Source: Verrucomicrobiales bacterium
Lineage (GTDB): Bacteria; Verrucomicrobiota; Verrucomicrobiia; Verrucomicrobiales; SLCJ01
DNA: 53,769 nt
Reading direction: 5' to 3'
Assembly (NCBI GenBank): GCA_046075565.1
Contig: JBJTQJ010000090.1
Location: forward strand, 1 to 53,769
A model generated the notes under the pieces. That model had not been told where the DNA came from. It did no database searches and saw only the letters and a program-made list of their open reading frames with translations. The position numbers and the translations under genes were made by a program. Positions 31,747-41,338 of the stretch are shown piece by piece. Each line of letters starts with the position of its first letter. Within the stretch, counting starts at the first letter, position 1.

Positions 31747-33432
31747 TCAGGCCTTGCGGAAAATGAGTCCGCGCAGCCATTGGGTGGGGCTTGGCACCTC
31801 GCGGTTGTTGGAGCGGAGGCGGAGGAGCCAGAGGCCGACGAAAGAAAGAATGATCACGGGCAGCCAGGCCGCGAGCATCGGGTGCAAGCGGTCGCTTTGT
31901 CCGAGGGCGACACACAGGTTGCTCAGGAACATGGACGCGAAGAAGAGCACGACGGCGGCCGTCACACTCCCGACAATTCCCCGGCGCGAATAGACGATGC
32001 CCAAAGGCGCTCCGAAAAGAACGATGACAAGGCAGGCAAAGGGCAGGGCGAGCCGGTAGTGCCAGTGGGTGAGGAAAGGCGCGAGTTTATGGCTGGGGGA
32101 GCCGTGGTAGGCGTCGAGATAGGCTTGGATCTGCGGGAGCCCGAGGAATTCCGGCTTCAGTCCCGCGCTGACAACCCGCCATGGGGTTTCGGGCCATCCC
32201 ATCTCGAAGTGTTTGGTGGGGAAAGTGGTCATGGCCTTGGGTTCGCCGTTCTTGTCGAACATGGTGATTTGTCCCGTGAAGAATACCCAGCCTGCGACGT
32301 CGCGTTGCCAGAAGGCTTTGTCGGCATGGATGGTTTTTTCCAAACTGCCGTCTTCGCGGAACTGGACCACGATCACACTTTCCAGCTTGTTATCGCGGCT
32401 GTAGTTCTGCGGGTATCTTCCGACAAACCACGTGCGGTTCTGCGCCCGGTTGATGAAAGTGACATCATAGGCGGAGTGGCGGCTTTTCTTCTTCTTCGAA
32501 GCGGCTTCGATGGCGGCTTCGGCGGTGCCGGCTGCGGCGGGCGCCCATTGGTAGTTGAAAGCTAGCGAGATGAAAGTGGCAAATGCCCCGATGACAAAAA
32601 CCGGGCGCAGGATACGGACCACGGAACGGCCGGCGATCATCATGGAGACAAGTTCATTACGCCGGGACATCGAGCCAAGGGCGTATAACAAACCGAGCAG
32701 CAGCGTGATGGGCAGCACGAGCATGGTCACGGCAGGCAGTTGGATCGCGTAGAGAGCCGCGATGTCGTCGAGGCCGAGATTTCCGGCGGCGAAGTCCGGA
32801 CCATTGTTGGCGAGGTCGGAGATGAGCCAGATCGATACGAAGGCTCCGAAACAAATCGAGAACGGCGTGAGGATGGTGCGGGTGATGTAGCGGTCCAGCA
32901 CCGAACCCCGTGAATACAGGAAAAGAGCGAAGGGTAGGCTGGCAAAAAGCAGGACGGTGAGAGCGATGCCGATGGCGAACGGTATGGGATAGGGTTGGTC
33001 TCCGGTGTCACTTTGCAGGGCGGCGGGCAGACCATGATAGAGCGCGTTGGAAATAGCGATCAGGCAGAGCCATGTCGAGGCCAGGGCGGTGGGCAGCACT
33101 GGCCAGGGATGAGTGGCTTTCCGACGCACCAGCCAGATGAAAAAGGCAGGAGCGAGGCACACCCCTGCCCGCACGAGCGTGCGGATGTAGAGGGCATAGC
33201 CCGCATCGAACATGGTCACATTGCTTATGCCGTCGTCATCGAGATCGGTGCCGACATAAGTCATCAGCTCTTCGGTCCACCGCCCGCCCATGTCGAAGCC
33301 GGCCCAAAGGATCAGGTCGAGCAACCCGACCCAGAAAAACAAACCGGTGACCCCTTTGCCATGCCGCAGCCACCGGAACAACGGGCTCAGGGCACTCCCG
33401 AGCCGGTTGATGGAGGCGGACAGTTTTGACAT
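31747..33432 (-). CDS. LptF/LptG-family LPS export permease with extra N-terminal membrane domain
   Basis: VLDRYI..., LPITLLLGLLYALGSMSRRNELVSM..AGRS..RILRP, RLALPFACLVIVLFGAPLG, LHPMLAAWLP; start uncertain. Confidence 0.88.
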   Translation of the reverse strand: MSKLSASINRLGSALSPLFRWLRHGKGVTGLFFWVGLLDLILWAGFDMGGRWTEELMTYVGTDLDDDGISNVTMFDAGYALYIRTLVRAGVCLAPAFFIWLVRRKATHPWPVLPTALASTWLCLIAISNALYHGLPAALQSDTGDQPYPIPFAIGIALTVLLFASLPFALFLYSRGSVLDRYITRTILTPFSICFGAFVSIWLISDLANNGPDFAAGNLGLDDIAALYAIQLPAVTMLVLPITLLLGLLYALGSMSRRNELVSMMIAGRSVVRILRPVFVIGAFATFISLAFNYQWAPAAAGTAEAAIEAASKKKKSRHSAYDVTFINRAQNRTWFVGRYPQNYSRDNKLESVIVVQFREDGSLEKTIHADKAFWQRDVAGWVFFTGQITMFDKNGEPKAMTTFPTKHFEMGWPETPWRVVSAGLKPEFLGLPQIQAYLDAYHGSPSHKLAPFLTHWHYRLALPFACLVIVLFGAPLGIVYSRRGIVGSVTAAVVLFFASMFLSNLCVALGQSDRLHPMLAAWLPVIILSFVGLWLLRLRSNNREVPSPTQWLRGLIFRKA

Positions 33433-33532
33433 GACGGGAGAGGCTTGGGAAAAGCCGATAAGCCTACCGGAGGGTATCGGCGAGGTCAAAGACGGAGTTT
33501 CCCCCGTGGCCAAGATGTGGTTGAGTTGCCGG

Positions 33533-35524
33533 ATGATTTCATTGGATGGCCAAGGACCCGACGGCAGCGCGATGCTGGCGATGGTCCGGTCGTCCTTCGG
33601 GGCGACGGGGAAAATGGTGCGACAGGGCGGAGAAGCGCGCCCGGAACAACTGGCCATGGCCGAGGCGGTCGCCCGTGCGTTGGCGGAGGATCGCGCCCTC
33701 GCCGTCGAAGCGGGCACCGGTGTGGGCAAATCCCTGGCCTACCTCGTGCCGGCCATCGTGCGGGCCACGGCGGACAAACGCAAGGCCGTGATTTCCACCC
33801 ACACCATCAATTTGCAGGAACAACTGCTGGAAAAAGATCTGCCCCTCGCGGCGGAATTGACCGGCTTGGATTTCACCCGCGTGCTCCTCAAAGGGCGGCG
33901 CAACTACCTCTGCCCGCAGCGATTGAAAGCAGCCCTGCGCCAGGCTCCGGATCTTTTTACCGGTGGCGAGGATGCCGAATTGCGCCGCATTGCCGAATGG
34001 GCCATCGAGACGACGGATGGCACGCTGGGGTCGCTCGGGTTCAGTCCGTCGCCGCGCGTGTGGGCGCAGGTGTGCAGCGAGCCCCGCCTGTGCTCGCCGA
34101 AACGTTGCGGGCCGAGCGGGTGTTTTTTCCAGGAGGCATGGCGCAAAGTCGGAGCCGCCGATGTGGTGGTGGTCAACCACACGCTCTACTTCACTTTGCT
34201 CGCGGGGGCGGAGGAAAACGAGGCCAAGGATACGGGATTCCTTTTCCCCGACGACTTTGTCATCTTCGACGAGGCCCACACGCTGGAGGCGGTGGCGGCG
34301 CGCCAGCTCGGTTTGCAGCTCGGCGAGAGCGGATTGCGCTTTGAACTGCAACGCCTCTTTCATCCGCGGACGAAGAAAGGTTTGTTCACGGCGCTGCGCA
34401 ACGCGAAAGCCGCGAAGGTCACGGAGACGGCACTGGAAGCACTCGATGAATTCTTCGGCTCGGTGCGCGATCGATTGCCCGGCAGGGAAGGGGGACGCGA
34501 GATGCGCGTGCGCGAGCCCGGTCTGGCCGTGGATGTGCTGAGCGCGCCATTGCTCGAAGTCGAGGCGCAGGCGCGGGGGCTCGCCGACCAGACAGATACC
34601 GAGTCGATCAAAGAGGAACTGGGCGACCTCGCTGATCGATTGCGCGAGGGTCGTGCCGCCATCGATCAGTTCCTCCACCAGACCGAGCCGGGGCAGGTGT
34701 ATTGGGTCGAAACTTCCGGCCAGCAGGACGAGGTGAGCTTGTGCGCCTCGCCGGTGGATGTCTCGGGCTTGTTAGAGAAAAAGCTCTTTCACAACCGCCG
34801 CGCCGCCATCATGACCAGCGCCACGCTCGGCACCGGCGATGCGAAACTCGGATGGTTCCGCCGCCGCGTCGGCGCCTCGGCCGCAGAGGCATTGTCCATA
34901 GGAAGTCCATTCGACTATAAAAAACAAATGCGCGTGCATCTGGTGCGTTCGTTACCCGCGCCCGGCGAAGAGGGATACGAGGAGGCGATCGCGCGTTGGA
35001 CGCGGCATTTCCTGCTCGAATCGGACGGGCGTGCCTTTGTTCTGTTCACCAGTTACCGCTTGCTGCGCCAGACGGCGGAGGCGTTGCGTGAAACCTGCGC
35101 GGCCCAGGATTGGAAGCTGCTCGTGCAAGGCGAGGGCATGCCGCGCAGCCGCATGGTGCGCGCTTTCGCCGAGGACGGACGAGCGGTTTTGCTCGGCACC
35201 GAAAGCTTCTGGGCGGGGGTGGATGTGCCGGGCGAGGCGCTTTCGAATGTGATCATCACCCGCCTGCCATTCGCCGTTCCCGACCATCCGCTCACCGAAG
35301 CACGTATGGAAAAGATCGTGGCCGATGGCGGCAATTCCTTCCGCGATTATTCGCTGCCTGAAGCCATTCTGAAATTGCGCCAAGGGGTGGGCCGGCTCAT
35401 CCGCAAGGCCACGGATGAGGGAATCATCGTGCTGCTCGACAACCGGGTGCTCACCAAGTCTTATGGTCGGTCGTTTTTATCCGCCTTGCCCGATGCCCCT
35501 CGGGTGATTCACGACGACGCCTGA
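33533..35524 (+). CDS. DinG/YoaA-family ATP-dependent helicase (Fe-S cluster)
   Basis: EAGTGVGKS, KGRRNYLC, Cys cluster, DEAH, LFTSY, FWAGVDVPG, LRQGVGRLIR. Confidence 0.93.
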   Translation: MISLDGQGPDGSAMLAMVRSSFGATGKMVRQGGEARPEQLAMAEAVARALAEDRALAVEAGTGVGKSLAYLVPAIVRATADKRKAVISTHTINLQEQLLEKDLPLAAELTGLDFTRVLLKGRRNYLCPQRLKAALRQAPDLFTGGEDAELRRIAEWAIETTDGTLGSLGFSPSPRVWAQVCSEPRLCSPKRCGPSGCFFQEAWRKVGAADVVVVNHTLYFTLLAGAEENEAKDTGFLFPDDFVIFDEAHTLEAVAARQLGLQLGESGLRFELQRLFHPRTKKGLFTALRNAKAAKVTETALEALDEFFGSVRDRLPGREGGREMRVREPGLAVDVLSAPLLEVEAQARGLADQTDTESIKEELGDLADRLREGRAAIDQFLHQTEPGQVYWVETSGQQDEVSLCASPVDVSGLLEKKLFHNRRAAIMTSATLGTGDAKLGWFRRRVGASAAEALSIGSPFDYKKQMRVHLVRSLPAPGEEGYEEAIARWTRHFLLESDGRAFVLFTSYRLLRQTAEALRETCAAQDWKLLVQGEGMPRSRMVRAFAEDGRAVLLGTESFWAGVDVPGEALSNVIITRLPFAVPDHPLTEARMEKIVADGGNSFRDYSLPEAILKLRQGVGRLIRKATDEGIIVLLDNRVLTKSYGRSFLSALPDAPRVIHDDA

Positions 35525-36207
35525 ATCCAGCGGCGAAGCTCGCTGGCAGGCCATTGGCCGGGCACGGAGGCGGCGCGGAGATAACCGTAGTTCAACACCG
35601 AACCGGTCGCCGCGAAGAGTAACCGGCTCGCCAGCCCGAAGCGCCCCATGGCCATCACGCTGCGCAAGGACGGACCGGGCAGGAAAAAGACTCGCCCGAG
35701 GGCCGACACTTCATCCAGCGAGCCGGGTGTGGCGGCAATCTTGAGCACATCGGCGTCATTTTGTTCCGCGATGGCCGCGATCTTCTCCAAAGCAGGCGCA
35801 GATGGGACACCTGCGAAATCATGGGCCGAGACGACCAAGCCGAGGCCGGCCGAGCGCCACTGCCCGGCGGCCGTGCGCCAAGCTTCCGACTCCTCCAGCG
35901 TGCGCGCCTCGACATCCACCCATTGGGCGAGGTCGGCGATGGTCGCCACAGCTAGCAAACGCGCATTTTCCGACGGCCATGCGCGGAATCCCCCCTCATC
36001 CTGACGCCGCGCGGTCAACAACACCGGCCTCGGACAAGTGGCAACCGCGTCGTGCAATTCCTGCTCCGCCAAGGAAAAAAGCCCGTCCAGACGCCATTCG
36101 ATGATATCGGCGGGGACTTCGGGATCCCGGGCGCTGGCGATATCTTCCGGTGCATTCACGGACGCCACGACGAGCGGATTTCCGGTGCTGAGGTTGGGCA
36201 GAGGCAT
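35509..36207 (-). CDS. aroD: Type I 3-dehydroquinate dehydratase
   Basis: IIEWRLD, LTARRQDEGG, SAHDF, DVLKIA, MAMG...SR, PGQ. Confidence 0.9.
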   Translation of the reverse strand: MPLPNLSTGNPLVVASVNAPEDIASARDPEVPADIIEWRLDGLFSLAEQELHDAVATCPRPVLLTARRQDEGGFRAWPSENARLLAVATIADLAQWVDVEARTLEESEAWRTAAGQWRSAGLGLVVSAHDFAGVPSAPALEKIAAIAEQNDADVLKIAATPGSLDEVSALGRVFFLPGPSLRSVMAMGRFGLASRLLFAATGSVLNYGYLRAASVPGQWPASELRRWIQASS

Positions 36208-36454
36208 GATTTTTGGAAGTTTCGCGCCGGAATCGGTGCGTGTTTGAATAAAATGGAACAAATTTTTGTCGAAGTGCGGAAAAACCTTGTTGCTTAAATC
36301 ATGGTTCTACTATGCTACGCGAAGAGTGAAAGGTGCGGAGGAAATTTCCCGCGAATCTTTCGGCTTGGCAAAAAAAGACTTGCCAAAAGCCGTCGGATCC
36401 CCGAAACCGCATCCTCGCTTCATCGATAGTATCACCTTCACCCAGTTTCCCGAC

Positions 36455-37087
36455 ATGAAGACCGCCCTTAAGAAATGGACCGCTCCGCTGCTCGCCCTCG
36501 CGTTCGTCGCCACTCCCGCCAAAGCGCAGGAAGTCATGCACCAGGTATCGAGTGCCAAAGTCAGCTTCGAAATGCAGCAGACGCCCGAATATTCGGTCGG
36601 CGGGCCGCGCGCGAAAAAGACGACTCCCTTGGAATGGCTGGAAATCGAAGTCGAGCTCGAGGTCAAGACCCTCGCCAAGAGCGGATATATGGACCAGCTT
36701 GACGCTGAATTTTATGTCGGTGTGAAAGACGCGAATAACGCGAGCAAACCCGTGCTGATGACCGGGAAGTTTTCCTTCGTCGATGTGCGTGCCGCCGAAG
36801 GCAAGGCTTGGCTCTCCGCCTACGTGTCGCCCGCAACCCTGGCCAAAGCGACCGGCAAGAACAAGCCCAGCAAAGGCGATATTGTAGCCGTGGCCGTCTC
36901 GGTTTCCGGTGCCGGCTTGCAGAAACCCCTCGCCGAATCCAATGGCGTCTCTTTGAAGCGCGAAGGCACCCAATGGTGGGAAGAGCCCCGCTTCAACCGC
37001 CAGGACGGCTCGATTCTGGCCAAGTCCAAAACACCTTTCGCCCCTCTCTGGACCGATCGTTATCCTCTCAACAAGGATCAAAACTAA
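36455..37087 (+). CDS. Amuc_1102-like exported pilus-cluster protein
   Basis: Signal peptide, QTPEY, WLEIEVE, LAKSKTPFAPLWTDRYP; first gene of the pilM-secretin cluster. Confidence 0.75.
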   Translation: MKTALKKWTAPLLALAFVATPAKAQEVMHQVSSAKVSFEMQQTPEYSVGGPRAKKTTPLEWLEIEVELEVKTLAKSGYMDQLDAEFYVGVKDANNASKPVLMTGKFSFVDVRAAEGKAWLSAYVSPATLAKATGKNKPSKGDIVAVAVSVSGAGLQKPLAESNGVSLKREGTQWWEEPRFNRQDGSILAKSKTPFAPLWTDRYPLNKDQN

Positions 37088-37150
37088 TCCGCGATGATCG
37101 AAACCTAGTGCTTGCGGCCCCACCGGCCATCGTGCCAAATTCACCTTTCC

Positions 37151-38956
37151 ATGGCAGCTCCATCCCGCATACAGACCCTATCGCTCGGTTCACAGACTTT
37201 TTCGTCGGCATCATTCGCCGTCGGTAAAAGTGGAAATCTTACGCTGGACCGGCTCGCCTTCACCGCGATACCCGGAGACCCATCGGCGGAAGCCATTCGT
37301 TCCGGGCAGACCGGATTCGTTTTGGAAGAGCTCGCCCGGGCCTCGGAAGTGAAGCTGCCCACTCGTTACGCGGTCAGCGGACAGAGTGTCTTCACGCGCT
37401 TCGTCAAGCTCCCGCCCATGGGCGAAGGCAAAGTGGACCAAGTCGTCGAATTCGAAGCGCAACAGAACGTCCCGTTCCCGATTTCAGAAGTCATCTGGGA
37501 CTATCAGCTCTTCACCGATCCCGCCACCGGGGATACGGAAGTTGCCCTCGTCGCGATCAAGGCCGACGTGCTCAATCAGGTCAACCAACTCGTCGAAGAC
37601 GCGGGTTTCCTCGTCGAATCGGTGGATGTGGCCCCGATGGCCTTGCTCAACGCTTTCCGCCATAACTACCCGGATGTGACCGAGCCATGTATGCTCATCG
37701 ACATCGGCGCCCGCACCTCCAACCTCGTATTTTCGGAACAGAGGCGGATCTTCGCGCGGTCGCTCCCAATCGGCGGGGCTTCCATCACCACCGCCATCTC
37801 GAAGGAATTCCAGGTCCCCTTCGAAGCGGCCGAGGAAAAGAAATGCCGTGATGGATTTGTCGCGCTCGGCGGGGCTTACGCTGAACACACCGACCCGAAT
37901 ATGGCCGCTCTCGGGCGCGTCGCCCGCTCGTCCATGACCCGCCTGCACGCGGAGATCGTCCGGACCATCAATTACTACCGGAGCACCCTGGGTGGCAATC
38001 AGCCCCGGCTCGCCTTCCTCTGTGGTGGCGGTTCGGCCATGCCCTACACCAAGGAATTTTTCGAGGAGAAACTGAACATCCCGGTCGATTACTTCAACGC
38101 CCTGCGGAACGTCGCCGTCACGGAAAGGGTCGCCGAACAAGCGGGGGCCGTTACCTACCGCCTCGGTGAACTGGTCGGCCTTGCCCTGCGTGGAGCGAGC
38201 ACCTGCCCGGTGGAAATCGACCTCGAGCCCGATACCGTCGCCCTCCGGCGCGAGGTAAAGGAGAGGAAACCAATCTGGATCACCGCCGCCGCCTGTCTTT
38301 TGGCCGGCTCCGCTGCGCTTTTTGCTTTCGGCAAATTCGCCGAGGACAAAGCCAAAACCAAGGCCAGCGACGTCTCCAGTCAAGCTGCCGCGTTGCGCCA
38401 ACTCGACTCGAGAATCAAGAACACCTTCGCCACCGGCGAGGAAGTCCAGAAGAAACGCGCCCCGATTCTCCGGGCTCTCTCGGAGCGCCGCGCTTGGCCG
38501 TCCTTACTGAACAGCCTTAATAGCTATTTCGCCAGCGACGTGATCTGGATTACAGATGTCGAACCCATGAAAGGCGAAGAGTCCGCTGTGCCCAGCATGC
38601 TCGGGAATTCCCCCACAAGGACATCCGCCGCGGCGGCCCCAGACGCCGGCGAACAGGATGCCGGGGCGACCGCGGAAGATGCATCCGGCGACGAACCGAA
38701 GGCTCCCGCCAACAGCATCACGAATCTCCGCATCCGCGGGCTCTGGCGTGGTCTGCCGGACAATCCGAATGCCGGTCAGGACGAGATCCGGAAGATTGTT
38801 GAAAAAATCCGCCAAGATGCTGATTCGCCCTTCGTCGTGGATACCCTCGACCTCAACAAAAAGGAATCTGTCGATATCGCCGGCCTGAGCCCCGAGCAGT
38901 ATGCCTCCGGATTCACCATCCGACTTCCGCTCAAGAAACCCCTCCCGCTCGATTGA
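37151..38956 (+). CDS. pilM: PilM-like actin-fold protein fused to a PilN-like TM/periplasmic part (Amuc_1101-like)
   Basis: RFVKLPP, FEAQQNVPFPISEVIWDY, IDIGARTSNL, LCGGGS; then TM and coiled coil. Confidence 0.88.
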   Translation: MAAPSRIQTLSLGSQTFSSASFAVGKSGNLTLDRLAFTAIPGDPSAEAIRSGQTGFVLEELARASEVKLPTRYAVSGQSVFTRFVKLPPMGEGKVDQVVEFEAQQNVPFPISEVIWDYQLFTDPATGDTEVALVAIKADVLNQVNQLVEDAGFLVESVDVAPMALLNAFRHNYPDVTEPCMLIDIGARTSNLVFSEQRRIFARSLPIGGASITTAISKEFQVPFEAAEEKKCRDGFVALGGAYAEHTDPNMAALGRVARSSMTRLHAEIVRTINYYRSTLGGNQPRLAFLCGGGSAMPYTKEFFEEKLNIPVDYFNALRNVAVTERVAEQAGAVTYRLGELVGLALRGASTCPVEIDLEPDTVALRREVKERKPIWITAAACLLAGSAALFAFGKFAEDKAKTKASDVSSQAAALRQLDSRIKNTFATGEEVQKKRAPILRALSERRAWPSLLNSLNSYFASDVIWITDVEPMKGEESAVPSMLGNSPTRTSAAAAPDAGEQDAGATAEDASGDEPKAPANSITNLRIRGLWRGLPDNPNAGQDEIRKIVEKIRQDADSPFVVDTLDLNKKESVDIAGLSPEQYASGFTIRLPLKKPLPLD

Positions 38957-38975
38957 TTTTCCGCCGACTCTTCCC

Positions 38976-40034
38976 ATGAACTGGATCAAACAGAACAAAT
39001 TGCTGACGGGCATCGCCGTAGTCGCCATCCTCGGCTCGCTGGCCCTTCTATGGTTCGCATTCTCCTCGATGGGAGCGGCCGCCAAGTCGGTCTCCTCCCA
39101 CAAGAGCTCGGTGGGTGAAATCGGGCGATTGCAGAATGCCAATCTTTTTCCGAGTGCGGCCAATTTGTCCGCCAAGGATGATGCCGTTGCCAACCTCCAG
39201 ACCGAGACCCTCGCCCTCCGCACTGGCTTGGGCGAGAAGTTCGGAGCCAAAGCGGGTGAAGATCCGGCGACCTTCGGCCAGCGCGTGCAGAAGAAATTCG
39301 AGGAACTCAAAACCGAATGGGAAGCGGCCGGCGTCACCATACCGAAGGATTTCTTCCTCGGCCTGGATCGCTACCGTCAGTCGGTCGCGGCCAATCCCTC
39401 CGCCGTGGCTGACCTCGACACCCAGCTTTCCGCCATTTGCAGCGTCATCTCCGCCACCGTGAAGTCCGGTGTTACCAGTGTGGACAAATTCACTCGCGCT
39501 CCGGTGGCCGGTGAAGAAGGTGGGCCGAGCAAAGAATCCGTCCAAGGCCCGCTCCGCCGCTACGGAATGGAAATCCAATGCACTGGCAGCGAGACCTCGA
39601 TTCGCACGCTCGTCAATTCCCTCTCCGCCGCCACCGACCACTTTTTCGCCTTCCGGGCCATCCGCCTCCAGAACGAGACGCAAGCCGGGCCCAAGAAAGA
39701 CGAGGTGCGCAAAAAAGTTGCCTCGGCACCCACGGCTGCCGCAGGGGGAGCGGCCGATCTTTTCGCCTTGCTCGATGGTGGTAATGCCGCCCCGGCTCCC
39801 GCTCCCGCCCCGGCACCCATGAGTGATGCCGAGCGACTGATGGCGAATATGGCCGGTCAGGAAGGTGGAAATGCCGGTGATGCTCCCAAAGCCGCGCCGT
39901 TTGTTTTCGCCAAGGAGAGCCCCCCAGATGCTTTCCAATTCCTCGGCAGTGAAAAAGTGAAAGCCACCATTCGCCTCGACCTAGTCCTCTTCCCGCCCGC
40001 AGCGGAGAAAGAAGAGAAACCGCAGGGCGAATAA
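38976..40034 (+). CDS. Amuc_1100-like (PilO-like) pilus protein
   Basis: MNWIKQNKLL plus TM, coiled coil, FFLGLDRY, FLGSEKVKATIRLDLV; third gene of cluster. Confidence 0.75.
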   Translation: MNWIKQNKLLTGIAVVAILGSLALLWFAFSSMGAAAKSVSSHKSSVGEIGRLQNANLFPSAANLSAKDDAVANLQTETLALRTGLGEKFGAKAGEDPATFGQRVQKKFEELKTEWEAAGVTIPKDFFLGLDRYRQSVAANPSAVADLDTQLSAICSVISATVKSGVTSVDKFTRAPVAGEEGGPSKESVQGPLRRYGMEIQCTGSETSIRTLVNSLSAATDHFFAFRAIRLQNETQAGPKKDEVRKKVASAPTAAAGGAADLFALLDGGNAAPAPAPAPAPMSDAERLMANMAGQEGGNAGDAPKAAPFVFAKESPPDAFQFLGSEKVKATIRLDLVLFPPAAEKEEKPQGE

Positions 40035-40073
40035 TCCGCTCAACCGACCCACCCATCGTTCCTTTCCAATCCG

Positions 40074-41213
40074 ATGAAAAAACCATCCGAATCGCGGAAA
40101 ACCGACCGCATCATCGTCATCGCCTCTGCCGTGGTCGGTCTCGGCCTCGCCACATGGGCCATCCTGAAGTCCAATTCCTTCAGCGGGGAGTTCTCTTCCT
40201 TGCCGCCCGCCAACCCGAACAAGGGCAAGGATTTGATCGAAAAGGCGACCAAACTGGTCGAGGACACCAAAGTGGCTACCGCCGCACTTGGGTCTCCCAA
40301 ACCCGTCAAGTGGAGTCCTGCCGCCGCCGCAGGCCGTGACCGGGGTTATCTGGTCTCCACCAACCTCGTTTTCCGAAAAGGAGCCGACGAGTCCAGTGAT
40401 GCCATCATCGATCTCGACCGTGCGGAGCCGCTCCTGCGCGAGGCTTTCCCGAATTCATTCTGGCTCGAAAATCCCGGCCTGAATCTGGAAGCCCCCAATG
40501 TGGGCGATCTCGACCCCGACAAGGACTACTTCACCACCCTCGAAGAGTATGAAATGGGGGAGAAAATGGGCAAAAAATTCAACCCGCAGGACCCGAAGAG
40601 CCACCCGCCCATGCACTTCCGCTTGCGTTTCGTGAGCTTCGAAGAAGCCCCGTATAAGCTCAAATTCACCAGCTCGAACCCCCCTGAGTTCACCCTCCGG
40701 CACGAGAACGACAACCGCGAACTGCGTTGGTCGGATACGGCCGCACTTCCCGAAGACGCCAACGGCAACGGGCAACTCGATGAAGGGGAGGACGCGAATT
40801 TTAACGGCACCCTCGACGGAGCCCGTCCGGCCGGCAAAAAGAATGACGAAGGCCGCTTCGCCGTCCTTTCGGTCGAGAAAGTCAAGGTTGCCCAAGAGGG
40901 GTTGCCGCCGGAGGAGGTCAACCGCATCACCGTCGAAGACTCCACCCGCCCGAAGGACCATCCCCAGCGGAAATTCCAAGTCTCCGAAGGAGAAACCATC
41001 ACCCTTCTGACCAAAGTCGCGGTCTTTGATTACCTGCCCAAGCCCGGGGCTCCCATCAGCAAGCGGGAATACGAGAAATTCATCCTTCCCGACACGCTGG
41101 CGCCCTCCTACACGCTCAAGGAGGTGGATGCCGAAAAGGCGATCGTGGACTGCGAAGAGGGCGGTCAAACGCAAACCCTCACCTTCGAGCGCGGCAAAGA
41201 CCTCGCGCCCTGA
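40074..41213 (+). CDS. Amuc_1099-like pilus-cluster protein
   Basis: N-terminal TM, D.DPDKDYFTTLEEY...NPQDPKSHP motif; immediately upstream of secretin. Confidence 0.7.
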   Translation: MKKPSESRKTDRIIVIASAVVGLGLATWAILKSNSFSGEFSSLPPANPNKGKDLIEKATKLVEDTKVATAALGSPKPVKWSPAAAAGRDRGYLVSTNLVFRKGADESSDAIIDLDRAEPLLREAFPNSFWLENPGLNLEAPNVGDLDPDKDYFTTLEEYEMGEKMGKKFNPQDPKSHPPMHFRLRFVSFEEAPYKLKFTSSNPPEFTLRHENDNRELRWSDTAALPEDANGNGQLDEGEDANFNGTLDGARPAGKKNDEGRFAVLSVEKVKVAQEGLPPEEVNRITVEDSTRPKDHPQRKFQVSEGETITLLTKVAVFDYLPKPGAPISKREYEKFILPDTLAPSYTLKEVDAEKAIVDCEEGGQTQTLTFERGKDLAP

Positions 41214-41338
41214 ACCAAGCCATTCTAGTAATTTTTCAAAAAAATCCGAAAAAGTCGATTGAAGCACTTGCATGCAAGGTGCCCCCCGTGCCAGAGTAAC
41301 CTGCGTTGTCGCCCATCTGCTCTCTTAGCCCGAATTTT

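Noticed and set aside
36287-36316. Sigma-70 promoter for the pilus cluster (TTGCTT/TTGTTG ... TATGCT)
   Set aside because: Spacing is 15 or 18 nt with partial consensus, too weak to call without TSS data.
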